Shown here one piece after another: positions 38,640-48,303 of a stretch of 64,000 bases of DNA. The translations under genes were made by a program, and so were the position numbers. The stretch is taken from contig JBFWNU010000010.1 in the NCBI GenBank assembly GCA_050250895.1, forward strand, positions 32,001 to 96,000, written 5' to 3'. Source of the stretch: Vulcanimicrobiota bacterium (GTDB lineage: Bacteria; Vulcanimicrobiota; Xenobia; Xenobiales; JADMJV01). The number at the start of each line of letters is the position of its first letter. Position 1 is the stretch's first letter. A model generated the notes under the pieces. It ran no database searches. It was not told the DNA's origin and worked only from the letters and a program-made list of their open reading frames with translations.

Positions 38640-39395
38640 ATGACTCAGTTTTGCGACCACTTCGGGGGGCACGCAGCCGACTATCTTCGCTTTCGGCCGG
38701 GTTACCCGACCGATCTCCTCGACCAGCTGGCCGACCTGGCACCCCACCACCGGCTAGCCTGGGACTGCGGGACAGGCAGCGGTCAGCTAGCGCGGGCCCT
38801 GGCCCGGTCCTTTCGGGCTGTCTGGGCCAGTGATGCTAGCGCCGCCCAGATCGACGCGGCCCCGTCCCACCCGGGGGTTAGCTATCATTGGGGACCGGCC
38901 CATCAGAGCGGCCTCGAAGCCGGCTCGGTGGCCCTGGTGACGGCGGCCGCCGCCGTTCACTGGTTCGACATTCCGGCCTTCTACGCCGAAGTGCGGCGGG
39001 TGCTCTCGCCCGGGGGGGTGTTGGCCGTTTTCACCTACGCCCCCGATTTGCTCGAGCCCGCCGCCAGCGGCCGCGTGATCCATCAGCTGTCCGAGGGCCT
39101 GTTGGCTCAAGATTGGCCGGAAGGGTTCGACTGGGTGCGAGGCGGCTACCGCGAGCTGCCCTTTCCCTTCGACGAAATCGAGCTGGCTCCGATGGACCTG
39201 CATCTCGACTGGACCCTCGACGACCTGCTGGGTTGGATCTCGACCTGGTCGGGCATCCATCGCTATCGAGTTCGGACCGGTCACGAGCCGATGCAGGGCT
39301 TGCGGGACCGGCTGCTCGCGACCTGGCCCCGGGCCGACGGCGCCGTGACGCCCGTCGTGTTGCCCCTCTACTGGCGGGTGGGGCGACAGACCTAG
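38640..39395 (+). CDS. Class I SAM-dependent methyltransferase
   Basis: Y..FRPGYP, AWDCGTGSGQ and AAVHWFD motifs. Confidence 0.92.
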   Translation: MTQFCDHFGGHAADYLRFRPGYPTDLLDQLADLAPHHRLAWDCGTGSGQLARALARSFRAVWASDASAAQIDAAPSHPGVSYHWGPAHQSGLEAGSVALVTAAAAVHWFDIPAFYAEVRRVLSPGGVLAVFTYAPDLLEPAASGRVIHQLSEGLLAQDWPEGFDWVRGGYRELPFPFDEIELAPMDLHLDWTLDDLLGWISTWSGIHRYRVRTGHEPMQGLRDRLLATWPRADGAVTPVVLPLYWRVGRQT

Positions 39396-40801
39396 TAGCC
39401 GCGATTTTTCTTGCTCTTGAGCAAGCTCAAGAGGGCGTCGTCTTCGTTGGGAATGTGCTTTTGGACCAGGGCCTCGAGTTCGCAGATTCGCTGCACGTTG
39501 CTGCGGTGCTGAGTCTCGGCGGCCCGCACCTGCGCCTGAGCCATCTCCAATGAGCGCTTGGCGTCAAAAAGCTGGGACTCGAGGTCTTTGGCGCGCTTTT
39601 CGTGATAGGTGACTTTGCCCTCGACCCCCTCCATCAAGGCGGCCGCCTCGCGGCGCCGGGTCTCTTCGTCGGCCTTCATTCGCTCGGCCGCCGTCAGGGC
39701 CAGTTTGGCGTGCTCCATGCGCTCATCGGCTTTGGCCGCGTGGGACTCGGCCACCCGCACCCGCTCGTCTGCCTCGCGTTTGACCTTGCTCACTTCCTGA
39801 CGGGAGCGGTCCACCATCTTCTCCATCTTGTCGATGAGGCGCTCGGTCACCTGGCGTGACTCTTCCATCTCTTCGGCAGCCAGCTCGAGGGCCGAGACCC
39901 GTGCCCGAACGCTCTTGAGTTCGGTCTCGACCTTGGCCAACTGGGCACGGGAGGCACGTTCGGCTTCGCGAGCCAGCTCGGCGTCCTCTTCGGCCTCAGA
40001 GCAGCGGGCCTCGGCCTCTTCAAGAAACTCTTCGATCTCGCCGGCTCGGGCGCTAGCCTCTTGGGCCCGCTCGAGGGCCTCCTTGAGGCGGCCTTCATAC
40101 CCTTCGATTCTGGCTTCGGACTGCTCGGCCCGGGCGATCGCTTCGAAGATTCTCTCCTCAGCCTTCTCCGAGCGCGTTACGGCTTTCTCGGCCAGGTTTT
40201 CGGCCTGCCGGGTTCGGGCCAGCGCCTGCTCGACCCGGGCTTCCGCCGCTTCCGCCTGGGCCAGGGCGGCCTGCACCAATTCTTGCTGGCTGTCGGCCTC
40301 TTCGAGCCTGGCTTCGGCCTGTTGGGCGCGGGCATCGGCTTTGGCCGCGCGCTGGCGCATCTTTTCCAGCTCGTGCTCGAGTTCGCTCAGTCTCTTTGCC
40401 TGCTCGGGGCTGGCTTCGACGACGGCAGTCACCCCTTCTTCGCGAAACCATAGAGTGGCCGGCTCATCGCGCCAGGTCATGGCTTGGCGGTGAGACTCGA
40501 GCAAGGCCTTGAACTCATCGGGCAAAGGCAGACCCAACAGCTTCTTCTCTTCGCAGTCGAGCAACTTCAGGGCGGGTTCGTTGACAAAGAGCACGCAGCC
40601 ATCAGCGTCGGCCACCAGGGTGGGTCGCATCCAGGCGTTGACCAGCACCGCCATGTCGGCGGCCAGGGGTCGGGCCACCTTCTTGGGTTTGACCCGGGCC
40701 GCCTTACTCTTGGTGGTTTTCTTGGCAGCCGGTTTGGCCGTAGTCGCTTCGGTGGATTTGGTCTTGCGCTTGGCAGTAGTGGTCTTTGCTTTCTTGGCCA
40801 T
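39392..40801 (-). CDS. PAS-like domain plus long coiled-coil protein with Lys/Ala-rich N-terminus
   Basis: LVADADGCVLFVNEPALKLL (PAS-like) followed by about 330 aa of E/A/R-rich heptads. Confidence 0.75.
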   Translation of the reverse strand: MAKKAKTTTAKRKTKSTEATTAKPAAKKTTKSKAARVKPKKVARPLAADMAVLVNAWMRPTLVADADGCVLFVNEPALKLLDCEEKKLLGLPLPDEFKALLESHRQAMTWRDEPATLWFREEGVTAVVEASPEQAKRLSELEHELEKMRQRAAKADARAQQAEARLEEADSQQELVQAALAQAEAAEARVEQALARTRQAENLAEKAVTRSEKAEERIFEAIARAEQSEARIEGYEGRLKEALERAQEASARAGEIEEFLEEAEARCSEAEEDAELAREAERASRAQLAKVETELKSVRARVSALELAAEEMEESRQVTERLIDKMEKMVDRSRQEVSKVKREADERVRVAESHAAKADERMEHAKLALTAAERMKADEETRRREAAALMEGVEGKVTYHEKRAKDLESQLFDAKRSLEMAQAQVRAAETQHRSNVQRICELEALVQKHIPNEDDALLSLLKSKKNRGY

Positions 40802-40900
40802 GAAACACCCTCTCCCTGGAGAGAAAAAATTCGGTCTTTCAGGGTGGGGCGCCTGCCTCGGCGCCAGGCCAAATCGCCTTCGAACGTCGGTTCGGGGTCG

Positions 40901-43168
40901 CTAAGCGCCAGGGTTGCCGGTGATTACGACATTGTCGATATAGACGCCGTCGCGGTGGCGCGAGTCGTCGGATAGAAACCGGAATCTCAGCTTGATCTCC
41001 TGGCCGTCATAGTCCGACAGGTCGATCTTCTGGTGAGCCCAATCTTTTTCGCCGTCGAGGGTGGCCACGGCGCGCCAGGCGGTCCGCCACCACTTCTTGC
41101 CATAGACCTCGACCTTGCACTTGTCATAGCCGTCTTCGGTATCGACCTTCGAGTCGAAGTGCAACTCGGCGCCTTTCCAGTGAGTCAGATCGACCGGCTT
41201 GGAAGTGAGCGACTGATCGCGTCCCGGGCCGTAGTCGCCGCCGGGACTGTCAGTATAGACCTGGCCACGTCCGGGTGAATCGACCCTGGCCCACTCGCCC
41301 TGGGCACCCCACTGGCCGGTATCGGCGTCCATCGAGTCTTCGAAGGCCACGGGGCGACCCGGAACCGAGGTCGAGGTTGTGGCCGCCACCGAACGGTTGC
41401 CCACATTGTCGAGGCTCTGCAAAGCGAAATGCAGCTCGCGATCGGCGCCCGAGGGCGGAAAAGAGATGGCCACACTCTCGCTGTGACCGGATGGCCCGGG
41501 CCGCCCGATGCCCACCGGGGTGGCCTGGGAAAACGGGATCTGCCCCTGGCCCTCGCCGATGGGGCCAGGAGCGTAGCGCAGGTCGTAAGAGGTCGACTGA
41601 CCTTCGGTGCCGTCATCGCCGGTGGCTTTCCAGGCGAGGGTGACCTTCTCGCCATCGGTCTGCTCGACCCGAAACGACAGGGGCGAATCGGGGGCGATCT
41701 GGTCGTCTTCGAGGGCTCCGAAGGCGTTCAGGCGGCCCCCGCTGGCCAGTTGATCGCCGTAACGGGGGATCGGGTCGACCCCGGTCAGAATGCGATTCTT
41801 GATGGCCTGATTGTCGACGCCCGGATAGCGCGCCGCGATCAGGGCGGCCACGCCGGCCACATGGGGGGCGGCCATGGCCGTTCCCTCTTTGCTGCCGAAC
41901 TGGCCGCCTGGCAGGGTCGAGTAGATGTCGGTGCCGGGGGCGCACAGGTCGACGCTCTCGGCCCCGCGGTTGGTGAAGCCGGGCAAACGGTCGTTGCGGT
42001 CCGAGGCGGCCACCGCCAAAACGTTGTCAAGGTTGAAGCTGGCCGGATAGACCGACTTGCGGTCGTTGTCGTAGCCGTCATCGCCGGCGGCACACACGTG
42101 GAGTGCGCTCGACGAGCGCATCACGTCGGCCAGGGCCTGGTTGTACTTGTAACCGCCCCACGAATTGTTGGTGATGCGAGCCCCGTTCTGCTCAGCGTAG
42201 AGAAGGGCTTTCATGGCGTCGACGGTGGTGCCGCCGCGACCCGAGCCGAGGAACTTCAGGCCCATGATGCGGCCCTCCCAGTTGACTCCCGTCACACCCT
42301 GGCGGTTGTTGCCCTCGGCCGCGATGATGCCAGCGGCGTGGGTGCCGTAGCCGTTGTCGTCGTTGGGATCCCCGCTGTTGGAGACGAAGTTGGCGCCGTG
42401 CAGATCGTCGTCGTAGCCATTGCCGTCGTCGTCCCACTGGTTGTCGGCCACTTCGCGCGGGTTGGTCCACAGGTTGTTGACCAGGTCGGGGTGGTGCCAG
42501 TCGATGCCGGTATCGAGCACGGCCACGATGGGGCCGTCTTCGCGCCGTCCGGTCGACAGCGACCAGGCGCGGGTGGCGTCGATATCAGCGCCGCTACGGC
42601 CGCCATCCTGGCCGTCGTTTTTCATGTTCCACTGCGATTCGAGCAGGTCGTCGGGTTCGAGCCCTTCGTTGGGGGCCGGGGCCGGACGTACCGGCGGCAA
42701 GGCTTCACCGGCTTGGTCGCCGGCCGGGTCGTGGCTAAAAGAATGGACGATGTCGTTGGACTCGGCGTAGGCCACGCGGGGATCGCGACCGAGCACGGCC
42801 AGGCCTTCGGCGGTCGACAGGCGCGGGCCCAACTCGAGCACGGCCAGCTTGCCACCCAGACGCTCGGCCATGGCGCCCGGCGCGTCAAAGCAATGCATCA
42901 CCTTGGATTGATAGTCCTCGGCCAGTTGGCCCAGCGACTCGGCGCTCAGGCCGCCTTCGAGCTTGACGATGACCTGGCCGGGCACGAACTCGCCGGGGAT
43001 CAGTTTCTCCGCCAGCGAAGCTGCCTCTTTGCGGGCGCCGTCGACGGCCGCGTCTAAATCAAAGGGAGCCGACCGGCTCAGCCCATCCGTAGGGCTGACC
43101 TCGGGTTGCCTGGCCGCCGCCACGGGCGCGGCGACGGGCATTCTCTGCACAAAACTCTGGATGACCAC
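40901..43168 (-). CDS. S8 subtilase homologue with substituted catalytic residues, FN3-like and C-terminal beta-sandwich domains
   Basis: VLDTGID is present, but the sequence has YGTHAAG, CAAGD and EGTAMAAPH in place of HGTHVAG, AAGN and SGTSMA. Confidence 0.85.
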   Translation of the reverse strand: MVIQSFVQRMPVAAPVAAARQPEVSPTDGLSRSAPFDLDAAVDGARKEAASLAEKLIPGEFVPGQVIVKLEGGLSAESLGQLAEDYQSKVMHCFDAPGAMAERLGGKLAVLELGPRLSTAEGLAVLGRDPRVAYAESNDIVHSFSHDPAGDQAGEALPPVRPAPAPNEGLEPDDLLESQWNMKNDGQDGGRSGADIDATRAWSLSTGRREDGPIVAVLDTGIDWHHPDLVNNLWTNPREVADNQWDDDGNGYDDDLHGANFVSNSGDPNDDNGYGTHAAGIIAAEGNNRQGVTGVNWEGRIMGLKFLGSGRGGTTVDAMKALLYAEQNGARITNNSWGGYKYNQALADVMRSSSALHVCAAGDDGYDNDRKSVYPASFNLDNVLAVAASDRNDRLPGFTNRGAESVDLCAPGTDIYSTLPGGQFGSKEGTAMAAPHVAGVAALIAARYPGVDNQAIKNRILTGVDPIPRYGDQLASGGRLNAFGALEDDQIAPDSPLSFRVEQTDGEKVTLAWKATGDDGTEGQSTSYDLRYAPGPIGEGQGQIPFSQATPVGIGRPGPSGHSESVAISFPPSGADRELHFALQSLDNVGNRSVAATTSTSVPGRPVAFEDSMDADTGQWGAQGEWARVDSPGRGQVYTDSPGGDYGPGRDQSLTSKPVDLTHWKGAELHFDSKVDTEDGYDKCKVEVYGKKWWRTAWRAVATLDGEKDWAHQKIDLSDYDGQEIKLRFRFLSDDSRHRDGVYIDNVVITGNPGA

Positions 43169-43209
43169 CCAGAGAGACTATCCGAGTCCCTGCCCGAAGA
43201 TCTCAACAA

Positions 43210-43872
43210 ATCTTGAACATCCGGCCAGGCTTGCGATAGTGATCAAGCTTGGCTCGCCTATTCTTCCGACTCGCGCAGCAGGTCGTCGAACAGGGGTAAG
43301 GTATCGGGCGCATGCTTGGCCAGGTAGCGACGAACCTCGCGGGCCCTGGCGGTCCGCTTCAACAACTCGACGATGTCCAAGAGGTCTTTTCGCCTTCTGG
43401 CTACTAGTTTCATGTAGATGAGTGGGGCGAGAGGGACGACGGTCACTCCCTGACTATGGTGCGCTTCGTCCAAGGCGGCCTCGAGATGGTCCCCAAGCGA
43501 TGCGGCGCTAAGATAGTCGATCCTGATCCCGTCGACCTCGATGGGCACGCCCGGCTTGAAAGTCACCAGTAGACCGACTTTCTCGAACGCCTCCTCTCCG
43601 ACCAGAAAGTCCACGTCGTCGGTGGCCCGAACGTAGCCGTGCGCTCCCACGGCCAGACCTCCGGCCAGGGCAAAGCGAATACCCAGATGGTCAAGCTGCG
43701 CCGCGGTTTGGAGGGCTGCCTCGCGCACCTGGGCCGAGACGAAATGAAGGACTCTTTCTAGGTCCATTGAGTCCCATGGACGACGTGGTATCTGAGCATA
43801 GGAGAGTTCCATTCCTGATGCTTCCACCTTATCACATCGGGGCAAGTCCGACCGCATCTTGAACATCCGGCC
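43210..43872. repeat. 17-bp perfect direct repeat ATCTTGAACATCCGGCC at 43210-43226 and 43856-43872
   Basis: Both copies read directly; each is followed by GC(T/C)TGCGATAG. Confidence 0.8.
43258..43812 (-). CDS. Pol-beta-superfamily nucleotidyltransferase domain protein
   Basis: FALAGGLAV.AHGYVRATDDVDFLV and LIYMKL..RRKDLLD motifs; start uncertain. Confidence 0.8.
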   Translation of the reverse strand: MELSYAQIPRRPWDSMDLERVLHFVSAQVREAALQTAAQLDHLGIRFALAGGLAVGAHGYVRATDDVDFLVGEEAFEKVGLLVTFKPGVPIEVDGIRIDYLSAASLGDHLEAALDEAHHSQGVTVVPLAPLIYMKLVARRRKDLLDIVELLKRTARAREVRRYLAKHAPDTLPLFDDLLRESEE

Positions 43873-43997
43873 TTCTGCGCGGCCGTGGGCACGGCCGATC
43901 CGGTTGCCTGCGATAGCGGGCTCAAATACCTGCGGGGCGACCTCTACCGGGATGACTAGCGGTAGGGGCTAGCGGGCTTGCTCACGAAAACTCCCTG

Positions 43998-44555
43998 GTG
44001 GCAGGCCAGCCCCAGTCGAGCTTTCAAACTCCGGAGGAGTACCTTCGGGCGGAGCGTCTTGCTCAATCCCGCAATGAGTTCCTCGACGGCCAGGTACTCG
44101 CGATGTCAGGAGCAAGTCTTTCTCACAACGCCCTGGTAGCCAACCTCATCATGGAACTCGGGCCCCAACTGCGACCCAAAGGATGCCAAATTTATCCCAG
44201 TGACCTCAAAGTGCAGCAAGGCTCTCGGTTTTTCTATCCTGATGTCTCGGTGATTTGTGGCCAGCCCGAGTTCCACGACGATGAAAAGGATGTGGTGTTG
44301 AACCCGGCCTTGCTGGTGGAAGTGCTCTCGCCGTCAACCGAGAAATACGACAAGGGTGTCAAGTTTCTCACCTATCAGCAGATTCCGTCTCTCCAGGAAT
44401 ATCTGTTGGTTCATCAGGATCTCGTGCTGGTCGAGATCTATCGGCGTCACTCAGCAGGCTCGTGGCTCTACTCGAGGGTCGACGGGCCCGAGGGCGCCCT
44501 TGAGGTGTTGGGAGTGCAACTCTCGCTAACCGCCCTCTACGCCGGTATTCATTGA
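43998..44555 (+). CDS. Uma2/DUF820-family putative endonuclease
   Basis: [28 protein letters not shown] and [10 protein letters not shown] motifs. Confidence 0.92.
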   Translation: MAGQPQSSFQTPEEYLRAERLAQSRNEFLDGQVLAMSGASLSHNALVANLIMELGPQLRPKGCQIYPSDLKVQQGSRFFYPDVSVICGQPEFHDDEKDVVLNPALLVEVLSPSTEKYDKGVKFLTYQQIPSLQEYLLVHQDLVLVEIYRRHSAGSWLYSRVDGPEGALEVLGVQLSLTALYAGIH

Positions 44556-45590
44556 AGAAAAGTGGGCTCGGGTCCGGTTGGCCAGGGCGACGAGGCTGAG
44601 CATCACGGGGACCTCCACCAGGACGCCTACCACGGTCGCCAGAGCTGCGCCGGACTGCAGTCCGAATAGGCTAATCGCCACAGCTACAGCCAGTTCGAAG
44701 AAGTTGGAAGTGCCGATCAGCGCCGCCGGGGCCGCTACCTCGTGTGGCAGTTTCCACAGGTACGACCAACCATAGGCAAGTAGAAAGATGCCGTAACTCT
44801 GAAGCACCAGGGGAATGGCGATGAGGGCGATGACGCCGGGCTGATCCAGTATGGTCTGGGCCTGGAAGCCAAAGAGCAAGACAACGGTGGCCAACAGACC
44901 AAGAATGGAGAACGGCTTCATCTTACCGGTGAGGTGGGCTACCGCTTCAGGATTTCCGGTGTCGACGATCCGCCTGGTGAGGTAGCCGGCCGTAAGGGGA
45001 ACGATCACGTAGAGCACGACCGATAGGAAGAGAGTCTTCCAGGGCACGACCACATCGGTCACGCCTAATAGGAAAGCCGCGATGGGAGCGAAGGCGAAGA
45101 CCATGATGATATCGTTGATGGAAACCTGAACCAGAGTGTAATTGGCGTCACCTCTGACGAGCTGGCTCCACACGAAGACCATCGCAGTGCACGGAGCAAC
45201 GCCGAGAAGAATCATTCCTGCGACGTATTCTCTCCCGTTCTCAGGAGAGACCATGCCTGTGAACAGGTGGTCAAAGAAGAGCACCCCCAGGGCCGCCATC
45301 GTGAAGGGCTTGATTAGCCAGTTGACTACCAGAGTTACACAGAGCCCCTTCGGCTTGCTGGCAGCGTCCTTAAGCGAAGCGAAGTCGACATTCACCATCA
45401 TCGGGTAGATCATGACCCATATGAAGGCCGCCACTACCAGGTTCACGTTGGCATATTCGAGGCCAGCGACGAATTGGAACAGTTTGGGGGCAAGCGATCC
45501 CAGTCCGAGCCCCGAGAGGATGCTCAAGGCTACCCAGATGGAGAGGTATTTTTCGAAAAGACCAAGAGGTGCGCGTTGCTGGGTCATCAC
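44526..45590 (-). CDS. acr3: ACR3-family arsenite efflux transporter
   Basis: [35 protein letters not shown] and [10 protein letters not shown] motifs; GTGA overlap with arsC. Confidence 0.95.
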   Translation of the reverse strand: MMTQQRAPLGLFEKYLSIWVALSILSGLGLGSLAPKLFQFVAGLEYANVNLVVAAFIWVMIYPMMVNVDFASLKDAASKPKGLCVTLVVNWLIKPFTMAALGVLFFDHLFTGMVSPENGREYVAGMILLGVAPCTAMVFVWSQLVRGDANYTLVQVSINDIIMVFAFAPIAAFLLGVTDVVVPWKTLFLSVVLYVIVPLTAGYLTRRIVDTGNPEAVAHLTGKMKPFSILGLLATVVLLFGFQAQTILDQPGVIALIAIPLVLQSYGIFLLAYGWSYLWKLPHEVAAPAALIGTSNFFELAVAVAISLFGLQSGAALATVVGVLVEVPVMLSLVALANRTRAHFSSMNTGVEGG

Positions 45591-46072
45591 GACGCTCCCC
45601 CGGGATTGGAGCGGGAGGCCTTGACATCCGCTGAGGCGTGTTCCTCCGTTCCACCCTCGAGGCACTCGGGCAGCGTTTGCACGAACGCCCGGATCTCGTC
45701 ACGCACTCGTCGATAGTGGTCCAGAGCCTCGTCTTCGTCGGCGGCGGTTTCGGCCAGGCGGGGCGGATCGTCGAAGCCGTGATGGATTAATCTCCCTTGT
45801 CCCAAGAAGAGAGGGCAAGTTTCGCGAGCGTTCCCGCAGACGGTGACGACATAATCGAATTCCTGCTCTTCGAACTCCTCCACCGTCTTGGACCATTGAC
45901 TGCTGATGTCAACGCCCACTTCCTTCATGACCTGAACTGCTCTCGGGTTCAAGCCTTGGGCCAGGATGCCGGCCGAGTAGGCATCGAATTGGTCGGACCG
46001 AAGGGCTCGTGCCCAGCCCTCGGCCATCTGGCTGCGACAAGAGTTTCCAGTGCAGAGAAAGAGGATTCGCAT
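45587..46072 (-). CDS. arsC: Arsenate reductase, thioredoxin/LMW-PTP type
   Basis: [22 protein letters not shown] and FDDP motifs. Confidence 0.95.
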   Translation of the reverse strand: MRILFLCTGNSCRSQMAEGWARALRSDQFDAYSAGILAQGLNPRAVQVMKEVGVDISSQWSKTVEEFEEQEFDYVVTVCGNARETCPLFLGQGRLIHHGFDDPPRLAETAADEDEALDHYRRVRDEIRAFVQTLPECLEGGTEEHASADVKASRSNPGGAS

Positions 46073-46081
46073 GGCGCTCGC

Positions 46082-47008
46082 TTACTTGATGGCAAAGACC
46101 TTGACCGAGGCCGCGTAGGCGTTGACATCGTACCGCCGCAGCAGCTCGCCGAGGTCTTGATGCATCGGCTTGCGGCTGGGGTTCGGCGAGCAACAGGCCT
46201 CCGAGTCCTGCGGGGCCGGTGAGCAACAGCTTGATTCCTCAGGTGCGGGCGAGCAACAGGCACCCGAACTCGCGGGGGCCGGCGAGCAACAGGCGGCCGC
46301 GCCTTCGGCCTGAGCGTAGGCCATCAGGTCGGCGCCGCTGTCGATGATAGCGACTTCTGAGAAGCCCGCTTCCCTCAGGCCCTGTTCATACTCCTGGATG
46401 GTCACGGCCCCGGCGATACAGCCGACCAGCGCGGCCGCGTTCTGGGCTAACTCGTCGGGCAATTCCTGTTTAAGAGCAATGTCCGAGATGGCCACCCGGC
46501 CGCCGGGCTTGAGCACCCGATGCATCTCCTGAAAGACCTTCCGTTTGTCCGGGGCGAGGTTGATCACGCAATTGCTGATGACTACATCGGCGCTGGCGTC
46601 GGAGAGGGGCAGGTCGTCGATCTGGCCTTCGAGGAATTCCACATTCTGATAGCCCCCTTTGACGGCGTTGGCCCGGGCCAGTTCGAGCATTTGGGGGGTC
46701 ATGTCGATGCCGATGGCCTTGCCCGTCGGGCCCACCTGAGCGGCGGCCAGAAAGACGTCGAGGCCGCCGCCAGAGCCGAGGTCGACCACGACCTCGCCGG
46801 GTTTAAGATGGGCCGTGGCCAGGGGATTTCCGCAGGAGAGTCCCATGTTGGCCTCGGCAGGGATCGATTCCAGTTCCTCGGCGCTGTAACCGAAGGCCTG
46901 AGCCACGGCCTGGATGCCGGCGTTCTGGCCAGACAAGCCGCTTTCGGCGGTTTCTCCGTATTTCTGCTGGATCAGCTCGGTGATGCTCTTCATCGGATGG
47001 GTCTCCAT
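46082..47008 (-). CDS. arsM: Arsenite S-adenosylmethyltransferase
   Basis: [23 protein letters not shown] and GCIAGA motifs; start may be 46993. Confidence 0.95.
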   Translation of the reverse strand: METHPMKSITELIQQKYGETAESGLSGQNAGIQAVAQAFGYSAEELESIPAEANMGLSCGNPLATAHLKPGEVVVDLGSGGGLDVFLAAAQVGPTGKAIGIDMTPQMLELARANAVKGGYQNVEFLEGQIDDLPLSDASADVVISNCVINLAPDKRKVFQEMHRVLKPGGRVAISDIALKQELPDELAQNAAALVGCIAGAVTIQEYEQGLREAGFSEVAIIDSGADLMAYAQAEGAAACCSPAPASSGACCSPAPEESSCCSPAPQDSEACCSPNPSRKPMHQDLGELLRRYDVNAYAASVKVFAIK

Positions 47009-47024
47009 TTCGTTGAATTACGAT

Positions 47025-47357
47025 TTAAAGGGCGGATACGAGCGCCCTCAGTCGGCGTAAGGTCCTCGGGTTAAGGCAGTAACAAACCCGCGGTCCGTCG
47101 ATGGTTCCCTGCACCAGGCCGGCGTCTTTCAACACTTTGAGATGCTGGGATACAGTGGATTGGGCCAGGGGCAGTTCCTCGACGATGTCTCCGCAGATGC
47201 AGCTCGTGCGTCGGCAAAGCAGGCGCAGGATCTGGATTCGGGCTGGATGTCCGAGCGCTTTGGCCAGGCCCGCGAGTTCTTCGTCGGCGTCCGGACCTTC
47301 GATGGGGCGAAGGTCCGGAGAAGAATCATCGGGGATAGGGCAGCAGGTCTCTTTCAT
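47025..47357 (-). CDS. arsR: ArsR/SmtB-family repressor
   Basis: [33 protein letters not shown] and PRVCYC motifs; N-terminal CC pair. Confidence 0.93.
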   Translation of the reverse strand: MKETCCPIPDDSSPDLRPIEGPDADEELAGLAKALGHPARIQILRLLCRRTSCICGDIVEELPLAQSTVSQHLKVLKDAGLVQGTIDGPRVCYCLNPRTLRRLRALVSAL

Positions 47358-47375
47358 CGTTTTTTTACGATAAAG
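47351..47375. promoter_or_regulatory. Candidate ArsR operator (ATCGT-N6-ACGAT) overlapping the arsR start
   Basis: Inverted repeat CTTT-c-ATCGT-tttttt-ACGAT-AAAG in an otherwise GC-rich context. Confidence 0.6.
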
Positions 47376-47442
47376 GATGGGTGCCGCGCTGTCAAGCTCG
47401 GGCTCGACAGGGTTCCTCCGGTCTCCTCAGGAAAGTCCGGCC

Positions 47443-48303
47443 ATGGCAGCTCCTGACCTCGACCAGATGTGGGTTCGCCTCGATGGCCAGAACCTTCCCA
47501 TGCAACAGGCCACCGTGCCTGTCAGTGACCACGGTTTTCTCTACGGCGATAGCGTCTATGAGACGCTGCGCAGCTTCGGCGGCCGGGTCTTCGAGCTAGA
47601 CGCTCACCTGGCCCGACTGCGCCGTTCGGCCGCCGGTCTCTACCTGACTGTGCCCTGGAGCGATGAGCATCTGAGCGCTGAGCTCGAAGCCCTGCGGTCG
47701 GCCCTGCCCCAGGGCGACCACTATCTGCGCATGCTGGTGACCCGCGGCAGCGGGCGCGTCGGCTACGCCTTCAATCCCGACCAGCAGCCACGCCTGGTCA
47801 TTCTGGGTGGCCCCATCGACAACTTCGTGGTGCGAGGGCTCTCGGCCACCATCGTGCCCATCCGCCGGTTGGCCCGCGAAACCGTCAGTCCGGCGCTCAA
47901 GACCAGCAACCTGCTCAATCTGCGGCTGGCCTTTTTGCAGGCCCAGCAGGCGGGCTTCGACGAGGCCATCCTGCTCAATCCCCAGGGCCAATTGACCGAA
48001 GCCTCGACCAGCAACTTCTTCGCGGTCATCGCCGGTCGGTTGTTCACTCCGGCCCTGGAAGCCGGGATCCTGGAGGGCATCACTCGCCGGGTTATTCTCG
48101 AGTTGGCCGCCGAACTCGGGCTGGCCGTGGACGAAGGCTTCTTGACGCTCGAGCAGCTGCCCACTTTAGATGAAGCGTTCCTCACCAGCACCACCCGCTC
48201 GCTCGCTCCCCTGGCCTGTCTTGACGACCATCGGATGCCGGCCCCGGGGCCGGTCACGGGCCGCCTCATCGAGGCCTTCCGGGCGCGGGCCGGCGGACTC
48301 TAG
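47443..48303 (+). CDS. Class IV PLP-dependent aminotransferase (BCAT/D-AAT/ADC-lyase family)
   Basis: DHGFLYGDSVYETLR, LKTSN, TEASTSNFF and ILEGITR motifs. Confidence 0.92.
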   Translation: MAAPDLDQMWVRLDGQNLPMQQATVPVSDHGFLYGDSVYETLRSFGGRVFELDAHLARLRRSAAGLYLTVPWSDEHLSAELEALRSALPQGDHYLRMLVTRGSGRVGYAFNPDQQPRLVILGGPIDNFVVRGLSATIVPIRRLARETVSPALKTSNLLNLRLAFLQAQQAGFDEAILLNPQGQLTEASTSNFFAVIAGRLFTPALEAGILEGITRRVILELAAELGLAVDEGFLTLEQLPTLDEAFLTSTTRSLAPLACLDDHRMPAPGPVTGRLIEAFRARAGGL

